From positions 29,526 to 93,525 of the forward strand of contig CACXGN010000015.1 in the NCBI GenBank assembly GCA_902767225.1: a stretch of 64,000 nt of DNA, read 5' to 3'. Both the position numbers and the translations under genes were made by a program. The notes below the pieces were generated by a model. That model saw only the letters and a list, made by a program, of their open reading frames with translations, was not told the DNA's origin and ran no database searches. This document shows positions 27,901-37,308 of this stretch, piece after piece. Within the stretch, counting starts at the first letter, position 1, and each line of letters starts with the position of its first letter. This DNA comes from an uncultured Eubacteriales bacterium (GTDB lineage: Bacteria > Bacillota > Clostridia > Christensenellales > Borkfalkiaceae).

Positions 27901-28542
27901 GACGACTGGATGACGCTTTTTGCGGATAACCTTTCGAGTTATTACGGTTCGAATATTTCTGTTATAAACAAAGCAAGCGGCGGATATACTTCAAATAACG
28001 GCGTAAATGGCGGATACGGCTGGATAAATCACGGTCAACGTATTTATCAGGCGGGGCTTTACGACATGTTCTATTCGAACGAAAATTTCTCCGGCCTTAC
28101 CGGGGAAGATGCGGCTTATAACGGAACTCCAAAAGGAATTCTTAAAGGTTACGTTCCGGATCTCGTTATTTTAAGATTCGGCGGAAACGATTGTTCGATT
28201 TATAACAGCGTTACGACTACCGACTTTTATAACAATATGAAGTCTATGATATCAACTCTTCGCGCGGTAAATCCGAACGTAGAGATAACCTTAATGCCTT
28301 CCTTCTATAAAAACCCGCTTGCTTACGGGTATAAAGATCTCGATCCGTATAACGCAAAACTTGTTCAGATTGCAAACGAAGAATCGGGAGTTATTTACGT
28401 GGACGTTTGCTCCTTCCAGAATTCTATGTATTCTGCGGGTAAACGCTTTATAGATCTTACCACCAACAATATAAACCATCCGAACGACTTCTTTGCAAGA
28501 ACGTTCGCGATGTGTCTACTTTCTTCGTTGATAAACTTCTGA
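24910..28542 (+). CDS. giant secreted protein: two unassigned beta-rich modules, a Flg_new-like repeat, the shared module, and a C-terminal SGNH/GDSL esterase domain
   Basis: 1210 aa. Signal peptide/anchor. SGNH blocks: FIYGDSVATG (block I), SGGYTS (II), RFGGNDCS (III), NHPND (V). Paralogous to 28720..32340 along its whole length. Confidence 0.75.
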   Translation: MKKSLKTKIITVLSLIFVLFIAAFFGFLHAEKNMASAASGWTLRGSTYSDYFGWSGYGTGSEGYSFRESDGYVDSSNVFGFGSRIVTSKPVKLDGAVITVYCDNVLTSAADSDWFGFCLGSAISETYPTLTTYTQFCVNFRPRLWGQTRVAIGLNDLHAAISGFTPVAFNDKALTNANISNVGVNEYVLNVAQTTGLEFEFHYLSSDNVWQIKVSDPLGIMWAAGSKTIYASPARIKAASGSGASTMVYLALFGNKGDNSPATSMATHVKIEDDNTRAAVPSMAVAGDGTATITNITQGHANQVRFSKNDKVTLDGLTVDLFDTAMPTTYGQYFGFGFAKNAEDYPNDSTLENKSLNVVFAPGRWSGQTRLVFNNSANDNAAIVYTDKALTNQAIGSGTPNYVFKNTANIGVSLSFKHLSSDGVWQMDITVTAGTLIGAHVSTVYFAESWANNVLDANGKCYIVAYGFMDSSAISTPVRFNLKVQDGYTVTEVIDGVTTTYKYSAGSTYTFTQRYVKDKLNIGWTSGTTFYNLGSTLTINSNVTVTADFVGFAQTQGASVLLQSALDYSGIRFETRLKQTSYNTYSSKIAGIGIILMPADLIEDGKEFTLANYGGESGAGDVYAAASKFNFDGGEMYLRASIIRLYPSNYSRLFAARSYVKLSNGDLVYTDFVKANNTRTIHTVAEKALAAGATDPNNCLAVYMDGVPNVIESSGTYSVSDASGRADSDKIIKSVTGSISGTTVTLNFTVDAAKFTSILGGTFKGLIYNGYRIKSGTQSLSGSVVTMTFNKPTGVYSDTVKNIWLGDTMYDESIVLTAETDSNNKVISAPKAKIIFDAKSIVSVKWYFHNSRKSLPIDQQTITFTEGVDYKYENGYIVALGSINSDGTFATDMPYVTDKQVSGDVTWPGMSENNYPRVGGGNIPFSENNEIHQMQLAVTYTHAQNAWEGYVPSYQGTKLPKTMAKLNAGQDIKLFIYGDSVATGANTSKYLGNNPFTDDWMTLFADNLSSYYGSNISVINKASGGYTSNNGVNGGYGWINHGQRIYQAGLYDMFYSNENFSGLTGEDAAYNGTPKGILKGYVPDLVILRFGGNDCSIYNSVTTTDFYNNMKSMISTLRAVNPNVEITLMPSFYKNPLAYGYKDLDPYNAKLVQIANEESGVIYVDVCSFQNSMYSAGKRFIDLTTNNINHPNDFFARTFAMCLLSSLINF

Positions 28543-28571
28543 TAGAAAAAAATAGAAAACATAATAAAGGC

Positions 28572-28600
28572 AAAAAAGCGGAAGGAATTCCGCTTTTTTG
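28572..28600 (+). terminator. intrinsic terminator
   Basis: GCGGAA-GGAA-UUCCGC followed by UUUUUU. Confidence 0.75.
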
Positions 28601-28624
28601 TATATAAACCTTTAAAATCCGATA

Positions 28625-28653
28625 TTGACTATTTCAATAATGTGTTATATAAT
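28625..28653 (+). promoter_or_regulatory. promoter of paralogue C (TTGACT-17-TATAAT)
   Basis: TTGACT 28625-28630 and TATAAT 28648-28653. Confidence 0.55.
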
Positions 28654-28719
28654 AATAGAACGAAATAAATTATTATGAGAAGTATATTTGTTTTTTTTGA
28701 TAAAGGGAGGAGGATTTAA

Positions 28720-31700
28720 ATGTCAAAATCCATAAAAAACAAACTTATATCAATTTTAGCGATGCTTGCGATATTGTTTACGGCGGCGTTTTTTGCGTTT
28801 ATTCGCACGGAAACAAAACCAGCAAGCGCAGACTCCGCCGACTGGACGGGATACGGTGTATCATATACCGATTTCTTCGGTTGGTCGGGATATAACGGCG
28901 AAACTTATTCGTTCAATACTTCCACGGGCTATGCGTCTACCACGAGAGTTAACGGTTGGGGTTCACGTTTGGTTAACAGGGATAATTCAGTCAAGCTTCA
29001 CGGCGCAAAAATCAGTATCTACTGCAACAACATCGTTACTTCTGGTAATGATAGCGACTGGTTCGGTTTTTGCTTGGGTTCCGATCAGCCGAATAACTAC
29101 CCTTCACTTTCCGCAACGCAGTTTTGCGTAACTTTCCGCCCGAGACTTTGGTCCGGACAAACGAGAGTCAGCATTGCGACAAATCACAATCACGAAGGGA
29201 TAAGCGGATATCAGCCCGTTGCTTTTAAAGATACTGCGTGTTCGGATCCGAACATAAGTAACGTAGGCGTGAAAGAATACGTTATGACGACAGCTACCAC
29301 GTTGGGGCTTTCATTTGAATTTAGCTACGTATCCGCAAGCAAAGTTTGGAAGGTTACGGTAACCGATCTTTACGGCGGACTTTGGGAAGCGTCTTCAACC
29401 ACGATATACGTTCCTGCAAGCAGGATAAAAGCGGCTTCGGGCTCCGGAACAAGCACACGAGTATTCGCGGCGATATATGCAGGCGTAGGCAGTGGTTCCC
29501 CAGCTACAAATATGGCTATGTCAATTAAGATAGAAGACGATAATTCAAAAGCAAGTTTTCCGCAGATAACTTCTTCAAGCGACGGAACTGCGTTTATTTC
29601 AAACATCAGCCAAGGACCTACTGCGAACGTCAGATTTGCAAAAAACAGCAAGGTCACACTTGACGGTCTTACCGTTAAGCTTTACGATACGCAAATGCCC
29701 ACGGCTTACGGTCAGTATTTCGGGTTCGGGTTCGCAAAAACAAAGAGTGCAATTCCGAATAGCGAGCAGAACTCGCTTAACGTAGTTTTCGCACCCGGAA
29801 GATGGTCGGGGCAAACCAGACTTGTTTTCAATAATAGCGCGAACGACAACGCGGCAATCGTATATACCGACAAGGCGCTTACAAATCAGGCGATAGGTTC
29901 GGGAACGCCAAACTACGTATTTAAAAACGAAGCTAATATCGGCGTAAGTTTAACGTTTAATCACTTAACGGGCGAAGGCGTATGGGAAATGAAGGTTACG
30001 GTCACCGCGGGAACGCTAGTGGGAACGCACGTTTCCACACTGTATTTTGCCGAAAGTTGGGCAAATAACGTTTTAGATGCAAACGGCAAATGCTATCTTG
30101 TTGCCTATGGATTTATAGATTCCACGCAGATAAGTAAATCCGCAAGATTTCATATTAAAGCGGATAACGGGTATACGGTGACGGAAGTTGTGAACGGTGT
30201 TACAACGACGAGCAAATATGCGGTCGGCAGCACGTATACTTTCAAGCAAAAATATATAAAAGATAAACTCAATATAGGCTGGAAGATAGGAAATACTTTC
30301 TATTATAATGGAGACACCTTTACCGTAAACGCCAACACAACGGTAACCGCAAGCTTTGTGGATTTCTATCAGGTAGAAGGAGCGTCGGTATTATTGTCTT
30401 ACGCCTTAGACTATTCGGGAATAAGATTTAAGTGCGCTCTTAAAAAAGCGACGTATGACGCTTATTCTTCTAAGATATCCGGTATGGGAATAATCGTAAT
30501 GCCTGCGGATATGATAGAAGACGGCAAGGAATTCACGCTTGCAAATTATAGCGGTTCAAATCAGGCTGAAAATATTTATACTGAGTCTTCGAATTTTGCC
30601 TTTTCGGGCGGTGAAACCGTATTAAACGCGGCTATTATAAGGCTTTATCCTTCAAATTACAGCAGACTTTTCGCGGCAAGATCATACTTAAAACTTGCAA
30701 ACGGAAAACTCGTTTATTTAGATTACGTTAAATCGAACAACGCGAGAACGATTCATACCGTCGCGGAAAAAGCGTTGGCTGCGGGCTCTGCCGACACGAA
30801 CAACGGATTGACTATTTATATGGACGGTGTTCCGAACGTTACCGAAACTTCCGGAACTTACGCACTTATCGATACTACCGGAAGAGCGGCTTCCGAAAAG
30901 ATAATAAAAAGCGTAACGGGATCTGTATCCGGAACTACCGTAACCCTTAAATTTACGGTAAACGCAAGCAAATTTAATTCCGTTCTCGGCGGGTCGATAA
31001 AAGGGCTTATCTATAACGGATACAGAATTAAAACTTTTACTCAGTCGCTTAGCAGCAGCACGCTTACGGTCAAGTTTACCAAACTTACCAAAACTTATGC
31101 GGACACGGTCAAAAACATTTGGCTCGGCGACACCATGTATGACGAAAGTATCGTTTTAACTGCGCCTACCGATGCGAACAACAAAGTAACTTCCGCGCCT
31201 AAAGCAAAATTGATACTTGATGCGAGAACGATTTTATCCGTAAAATGGTATTTCCACAATTCAAGAAAATCTCTTCCCGTAGATCAGCAGACTATAACCT
31301 TTACCGAAGGGGTTGACTATAAATACGAAAACGGATATATAGTCGCACTCGGTAGCATCAATTCAGACGGAACGTTTAAGACGAATATGCCGTACGTTAC
31401 CGACAAGCAGGTTTCGGGCGACGTAGGTTGGCCGAACTTATCCGGAACTTATCCGAGAGTGGGTGGCGGAACTATTCCGTTTACGGAAAATAACGAAATC
31501 CACCAAATGCAACTTGCCGTAACTTATACCCACGATGTAAATGCGTGGGGCGGGTTTAAGCCATCTTACCAAGGTTCTGGGCTTCCCAAAACTATGGCGA
31601 AGTTAAATGCGGGCAAAGACGTTAAACTGTTTGTCTACGGCGACAGCGTTGCTACGGGTGCAAACACATCTAAGTATCTCGGAAACAACCCGTTCACCGA

Positions 31701-32340
31701 CGACTGGATGACGCTTTTTGCGGATAACCTCGGCAGTTACTACGGCGTTAACGTTGCGCTTACTAATAAATCGAGCGGCGGATATACTTCAAATAACGGC
31801 GTAAATGGCGGCGGCGGTTGGATAAACCATGGTCAATATGTTTACTAAGCCGGACTTAACGATATGTTCTACTCGAATGAAAACTTCTCTGGGCTTACCG
31901 GGCAAGCAGCGCCTTGGAACGGTAAACCAAAAGGAATTCTTAAAGGCTACGTTCCGGATCTCGTTATTTTAAGATTCGGCGCTAACGACAGTTCTATTTA
32001 CAGCGGTATAGATACAACGGCTTTCTATAACAATATTAAGTCAATGATAACCACTCTGCGCAAGGTAAATTCTAACGTGGAAATAATTATCAAACCGTCG
32101 TTCTATACAAATGCACTTGCGGACGGATACAACGACCTTAAACCGTATAACGCAAAACTTGTTCAGATCGCAAACGAAGAATCGGGAGTTATTTATGTGG
32201 ACGTTTGCTCCTTCCAGAATTCTATGTATTCTGCGGGTAAACGGTTTATAGATCTTACCACCAACAATATAAACCACCCGAACGACTTCTTTGCAAGAAC
32301 GTTCGCTATGTGCCTACTTTCTTCGTTGATAAATTACTAA
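28720..32340 (+). pseudogene. paralogue of 24910..28542, interrupted by one in-frame TAA (31846-31848) inside the SGNH domain
   Basis: Track ORFs 28720..31848 and 31864..32340 are in the same frame (both start at position 1 mod 3). Alignment with paralogue B: INHGQRIYQAGLYDMFYSNENF versus INHGQYVY*AGLNDMFYSNENF. The stop replaces a Gln codon (CAG in B). Confidence 0.65.
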
Positions 32341-32364
32341 AACAACAGAACAGACATATTAAAT

Positions 32365-32399
32365 AAAAAAGAAAGCGGAAATTTTCCGCTTTCTTTTTT
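32365..32399 (+). terminator. intrinsic terminator
   Basis: GAAAGCGGAAA-UU-UUCCGCUUUC followed by a U-run. Confidence 0.75.
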
Positions 32400-32425
32400 A
32401 CGACAAAACCCCCTTAACTCTTATA

Positions 32426-32454
32426 TTGACTATTTCATTAAGATATTATATAAT
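32426..32454 (+). promoter_or_regulatory. promoter of cls (TTGACT-17-TATAAT), homologous to the paralogue promoters
   Basis: TTGACT 32426-32431 and TATAAT 32449-32454. The flanking ATATTGACTATTTCA is shared with 28621-28635. Confidence 0.55.
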
Positions 32455-32520
32455 TATAAAATAGTATAACTGAAATTCGTTTATACAATACCGGTTTATA
32501 GGACAATATATATTAAAGTT

Positions 32521-34065
32521 ATGAAAAGATTACAAGTTGCCTTAAAGGTTTTCAAATTTTTATTCAGCAGGGGTTTTATAACCTTTATAGGCTGTGTTAT
32601 TCAGGTTGCGGCGCTTTGCCTTATTTTGCTTTACGCACACGACTGGTTTGCTCTTTTTCAAGCCGTTTGCATAACGTTTGCGGTTATAGCGTTTTTTGAA
32701 ATAAACAATAAAAAGCAACAACCCGAATACAAACTCTCTTGGACGGTGCTACTTTTTATTTTTCCGATACTGGGTTTGATTCTTTATGCGTTTTACTACG
32801 ATCCGCAACTTAAAAGAAAAAAGACCAGACTTATGGAAAAGCAATACGTCGAAGGTGTAATTTACCTTCCGAAAACCGAGATAAAAGAAAAAGAAAATTT
32901 TTCGGAAAGTTTCGGCATAAGCGAAAGCCTTTACCGCCAGATGGGGTTCACGGGGGACTTTAACAATAGGGCGACGTATTTAGGCTCGGGCGAAGAGTTT
33001 TTCTTAGAATTAAAAAAAGAACTCGAAAAAGCGGAAAATTTTATCTTTATGCAGTTTTTCATTATCAGCCCCGGAAAAATGTGGGACGAGATACATGAAA
33101 TACTGAAAAGAAAAGTTGCGGCGGGAGTGGAAGTTCGCGTTATGTATGACGACGTCGGCTCGCTTAAAATGCCCATAAGTTTTGCCAAAAAACTTATAAA
33201 AGACGGGATAAAATGTATTAAGTTTAACCCGATGGGGCCAAGGGCGATCGGAAGATACGATAACCGCGACCATAGAAAAATAGTCATTATCGACGGCAAA
33301 GTCGCCTTCACGGGCGGAGCGAACATTGCCGACGAATACATCAACGCAATAGAAAGGTTCGGAAAGTGGAAGGATTCTTCTATTAAAATAGAAGGCTCGG
33401 AAGTAAAGGTCTTCACTTTTAACTTTTTATTGATGTTCGATGCGTTAGGCAAATTCAAAAATCCCACCACCGAATTTGAACAATACTTAAACATAGACGC
33501 GGCAAAGTTTACGGACGAAGGATATATTCAGCCGTTCGTTGACGGGCCGAGACCGTTTTATAAAGATAATATTTCGGAAGAAAATTATATCAACCTTATA
33601 AGCGGAGCAAAAAACAGATTATATATCACGACGCCGTATCTGATCCCGAACTATTCTATATTATACGCGTTAAAACTCGCCGTTTCGCGCGGGGTAGACG
33701 TTAGAATAGTTACCCCGCATATTCCGGACAAAAAGGCGGTGTTTCTGATTACCCGCTCGCACTACGAATTTTTGTGTAAAAGCGGCGTTAAAGTTTATGA
33801 ATATACGCCCGGGTTTATCCACTCAAAGCAAATCCTTTCGGACGATACGGCGTTTATCGGAACGGTCAACTGCGATTTCAGAAGTTTTGTGCATCACTTC
33901 GAGTGCGGCGTCAATCTTTACGGCACGCCTTGTATAAAGGATATAGAAAGAGACTTTGAAAACGTGTTTGGTGAATCCGATATTGTAGATTACAAAAAGA
34001 TCAACAGAAATATATTTACAAAACTGATAACAAGCATAATGAATATCTTTTCGCCATTGCTATAA
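32521..34065 (+). CDS. cls: cardiolipin synthase
   Basis: 514 aa. N-terminal TM helices and two PLD HKD motifs (HRKIVIIDGKVAFTGGANI and HSKQILSDDTAFIGTVNCDFRS). Confidence 0.9.
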   Translation: MKRLQVALKVFKFLFSRGFITFIGCVIQVAALCLILLYAHDWFALFQAVCITFAVIAFFEINNKKQQPEYKLSWTVLLFIFPILGLILYAFYYDPQLKRKKTRLMEKQYVEGVIYLPKTEIKEKENFSESFGISESLYRQMGFTGDFNNRATYLGSGEEFFLELKKELEKAENFIFMQFFIISPGKMWDEIHEILKRKVAAGVEVRVMYDDVGSLKMPISFAKKLIKDGIKCIKFNPMGPRAIGRYDNRDHRKIVIIDGKVAFTGGANIADEYINAIERFGKWKDSSIKIEGSEVKVFTFNFLLMFDALGKFKNPTTEFEQYLNIDAAKFTDEGYIQPFVDGPRPFYKDNISEENYINLISGAKNRLYITTPYLIPNYSILYALKLAVSRGVDVRIVTPHIPDKKAVFLITRSHYEFLCKSGVKVYEYTPGFIHSKQILSDDTAFIGTVNCDFRSFVHHFECGVNLYGTPCIKDIERDFENVFGESDIVDYKKINRNIFTKLITSIMNIFSPLL

Positions 34066-34074
34066 AAATTAAAA

Positions 34075-34105
34075 AATAAAAAAGCCGACCGCTCGGTCGG
34101 CTTTT
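34075..34105. terminator. bidirectional hairpin terminator
   Basis: AGCCGACC-GCUC-GGUCGGCU flanked by A-runs and T-runs. Lies between convergent genes. Confidence 0.7.
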
Positions 34106-34119
34106 AACTTTTTAAATCG

Positions 34120-35196
34120 TTATCTCTTTTTAACGCAGTCGCCGGTAACGGCGTCTTGAAACATCATCCAGTATCCGTCGCCTTTCAAATCGAAAACCGA
34201 AAGGGGAATAAAAGTGCAAAAGCCTTTAAGTTCCTTTGGCGGCGAAGTCGAGTATTTTGCCGGCACGCCGTAGCATATATATTTTTCCTTTCCGTCTTCG
34301 CGGATGATCCCCACAACGTAATACTTATTATCCGAATAATTTATTCTTATCCATTTGCTATCCGTAAGGCTTACGGCAAGCCGTTCTTCGGGTGGAAACT
34401 TATTGAACATATCTTCTATTTCGTTTCTGACGCTTTCAAAGTAAGTGTTTCCTTCCGAATATTCTTTGCCGCTATCGTCGCCTGTTTCATTTTGAAACCC
34501 GCAAGCGCCGCTTTCGCCTTTTTCTGTTTTGCCTTGTTCTCCGCTAAAAGGCATTTCATTTTCAGTTCGAACATCTTCGCTAAACCTTCTTAAAAATTCT
34601 CGCTCTTCGTAAGATTCGTCCTTTTCGTAATAATTTTCGGTTGCCACAGCCTCGTCGTCGTAACTTTCGCGCATTGTTTTATCTCGCGGTTCTTCTTCCG
34701 GCTCGTCAATCCCCGGGATAGGTCCTAACGGCGGCATGGGCGGAAGAGTCGGCGGTATGGGGGCATATGGATTATCGGGTGCAAGATCTTCTTCGCGGTG
34801 CTTTTCTATGTATTTGTCTGTTATTTTTTTTCTAAAATCCGCCGCGTCGGTTAAAACGCTTTCCGACCTTGCGTAGGCGATAAGTAGAGGGATACCCTTT
34901 TCAACGTAGCATATCCCCGAAGAAAAACCGTTTTTAACGCTCGGCGTTACCCTGAAATTTTCGGTAAACGAAACGGGCCTTTTCCCGAGCGGGAAGGAAA
35001 ACAGTTTTCCGCCGCCGTCAAGCACGAAAGCGACGTATTCTCCGCAATCTGCGGCTTTAACGTTGATAAGCGAAAGATAAAAGGTCGCAACCCCGTTTTC
35101 GATTTCCACGCGCGATATTCCCGAAAGTTTTTTGCCGGGAGAAGAAAACCCACACTCGATTTCTTTTAGAACTAGAATTTGTTTTATAAATTCCAT
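34120..35196 (-). CDS. hypothetical protein with a central Pro-rich/acidic linker
   Basis: 358 aa. Folded-looking N-terminal (about 120 aa) and C-terminal (about 110 aa) regions joined by PDNPYAPIPPTLPPMPPLGPIPGIDEPEEEPRD and an acidic stretch. No signal peptide. No motif recognised. Confidence 0.5.
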   Translation of the reverse strand: MEFIKQILVLKEIECGFSSPGKKLSGISRVEIENGVATFYLSLINVKAADCGEYVAFVLDGGGKLFSFPLGKRPVSFTENFRVTPSVKNGFSSGICYVEKGIPLLIAYARSESVLTDAADFRKKITDKYIEKHREEDLAPDNPYAPIPPTLPPMPPLGPIPGIDEPEEEPRDKTMRESYDDEAVATENYYEKDESYEEREFLRRFSEDVRTENEMPFSGEQGKTEKGESGACGFQNETGDDSGKEYSEGNTYFESVRNEIEDMFNKFPPEERLAVSLTDSKWIRINYSDNKYYVVGIIREDGKEKYICYGVPAKYSTSPPKELKGFCTFIPLSVFDLKGDGYWMMFQDAVTGDCVKKR

Positions 35197-35464
35197 AACC
35201 GAATAACCTTTTAAAATAATTTATTAAATAATATATTCAGAGCAAGGGCGAAAAATATGTGAAAGGATAAAACAAAGTCGAAAATTGCCGAAAGTGAATA
35301 AAACATTTTAAAAGGTTTCATACAAAAGTCGTAAAAAATATAATAATATAAGAAAATCTTATCGTAAATTGTTAAAACCGTGGGCAATTAACTTTACTTT
35401 TTTTTGATTATCGTGCTAAAATAAACAAAAAAGACAAACGATATAATGCTAATAGGAGAATAAA

Positions 35465-37243
35465 ATGTATATCAGCAAAAAACTCGAATCGTTCGTAAAT
35501 GAATACGCCGCTCTTTGTAAGCCCGATAAAATCGTTTATATCGACGGCAGCGAAGAACAACTCGAAAGTTTAAGAAAACAGGCGGTTGACGAAAAAATCC
35601 TTATCAAACTCAATCAGGAAAAACTCCCCGGTTGCTATCTCCACCGCACCGAAGTCAACGACGTTGCAAGGGTAGAAGGCAGAACCTTTATCTGCTCTAA
35701 AAATAAAGAAGATTCCGCCCCCATCAATAACTGGATGGAAACCACCGAAGCGTTAAACCTTTTGAACGGATTGTTTAATGGCGTTATGAAAGGAAGAACA
35801 ATGTATGTTATTCCGTATTCTATGGGCGCGGTAGGAAGTAAGTTCTCTAAAATAGGTATCGAACTTACCGATTCTATTTACGTCGTTTTGAATATGGCGA
35901 TCATGACGAGAGTCGGCGCAAAGGTTTTAGACGCTTTGGGCGATAAAGACTTCGTTAAAGGCGTTCACTCTTATGCAGAACTTAAAGAAGAAAACAGATA
36001 TATCTGCCACTTCCCCGAAGAAAATCTTATTATGTCTATCAACTCTAACTACGGCGGAAACGTTTTGCTCGGCAAAAAGTGCTTTGCGCTCCGTATTGCG
36101 TCTTACCTTGGCAAAACCGAAGGTTGGATGGCAGAACATATGTTGATTTTGGGTATCGAAAATCCGAAAGGCGAAATCAAATACGTTGCAGCGGCTTTCC
36201 CGTCGGCTTGCGGAAAGACCAACCTTGCAATGATCATCCCGCCCGAAATTTATAAAAAGAAAGGCTATAAATGCTGGTGCGTCGGCGACGATATCGCTTG
36301 GATAAGAGTCGGCGAAGACGGCAGACTTTGGGCTGTAAACCCCGAAAACGGATTCTTCGGCGTTGCACCCGGAACTAGCATGAAATCTAACCCCAACGCG
36401 CTTTTATCGACCAGAAAAGGCACGATATTTACAAACGTTGTTGAAAATCTCGACGACGAAACCGTTTGGTGGGAAGGTATGGATAAAAACCCGCCTAAAA
36501 ACGCTATCGACTGGAAAGGCAATCCTTGGAACGGCGATATGAAAGACGAAAACGGCAAACCCATAAAGGGCGCGCACCCGAATTCGAGATTTACCGCTCC
36601 TACCGCAAACTGCCCGTGTCTATCAGACCAGTTCGAAGCGCCTAACGGCGTTCCGCTTTCCGCAATTATCTTCGGCGGAAGACGTGCAAAAACCGCTCCG
36701 CTCGTTTATCAGAGTAAAGACTGGAACAACGGCGTGTTCGTAGGCTCTATAATGGCAAGCGAAACAACCGCTGCCGCTACCGGCGCAGTCGGTGTTGTTC
36801 GTCGCGATCCTATGGCAATGAGACCGTTTGTCGGCTACAATATGGGCGACTATTTCGCTCACTGGATCGAAATGGGTAAAAAGATTAAAAATCAACCCAA
36901 GATCTTCAACGTAAACTGGTTCAGAACGGACGAAAACGGCAACTTCATTTGGCCGGGCTTCGGCGAAAACCTCCGCGTTATAGACTGGATATTAGATCGT
37001 TGCGAAGATAAAGTAGACGCAAAAGAAACTCCTATCGGCTACGTTCCTTATGCAAAAGATATCAACGTTGAAGGGCTTGACGGAATTACCGAAAAAACTA
37101 TCGAAGATCTTTTGTCTATCGATAAGGCAAGTTGGAAAGAAGAAACCGAAGGTATTGAAAAATTCTACGGCGAACTTGGTGCAAGAGTTCCGAAAGAACT
37201 TTACGACGAACTCGGTAAGTTAAAAGAAAACCTTAATAAATAA
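35465..37243 (+). CDS. pckG: phosphoenolpyruvate carboxykinase (GTP)
   Basis: 592 aa. Kinase-1a loop AAFPSACGKTN, and WMAEHMLILG and CWCVGDDIAW motifs of GTP-PEPCK. Confidence 0.9.
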   Translation: MYISKKLESFVNEYAALCKPDKIVYIDGSEEQLESLRKQAVDEKILIKLNQEKLPGCYLHRTEVNDVARVEGRTFICSKNKEDSAPINNWMETTEALNLLNGLFNGVMKGRTMYVIPYSMGAVGSKFSKIGIELTDSIYVVLNMAIMTRVGAKVLDALGDKDFVKGVHSYAELKEENRYICHFPEENLIMSINSNYGGNVLLGKKCFALRIASYLGKTEGWMAEHMLILGIENPKGEIKYVAAAFPSACGKTNLAMIIPPEIYKKKGYKCWCVGDDIAWIRVGEDGRLWAVNPENGFFGVAPGTSMKSNPNALLSTRKGTIFTNVVENLDDETVWWEGMDKNPPKNAIDWKGNPWNGDMKDENGKPIKGAHPNSRFTAPTANCPCLSDQFEAPNGVPLSAIIFGGRRAKTAPLVYQSKDWNNGVFVGSIMASETTAAATGAVGVVRRDPMAMRPFVGYNMGDYFAHWIEMGKKIKNQPKIFNVNWFRTDENGNFIWPGFGENLRVIDWILDRCEDKVDAKETPIGYVPYAKDINVEGLDGITEKTIEDLLSIDKASWKEETEGIEKFYGELGARVPKELYDELGKLKENLNK

Positions 37244-37256
37244 TAAAGGTAAATAA

Positions 37257-37291
37257 AGCACGCTCCGAAATATCGGAGCGTGCTTTTTAGT
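37257..37291. terminator. hairpin terminator between convergent genes
   Basis: AGCACGCUCCGA-AAUA-UCGGAGCGUGCU followed by UUUUU. Confidence 0.8.
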
Positions 37292-37308
37292 GCAAAAAAA
37301 TTAAAGTG

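Noticed and set aside
24910-32340. Diversity-generating retroelement (TR/VR) explanation for the near-identical tracts in paralogues B and C
   Set aside because: There is no reverse transcriptase gene in the window. The few mismatches I counted are T/C and G/A transitions, not confined to adenines of one copy.
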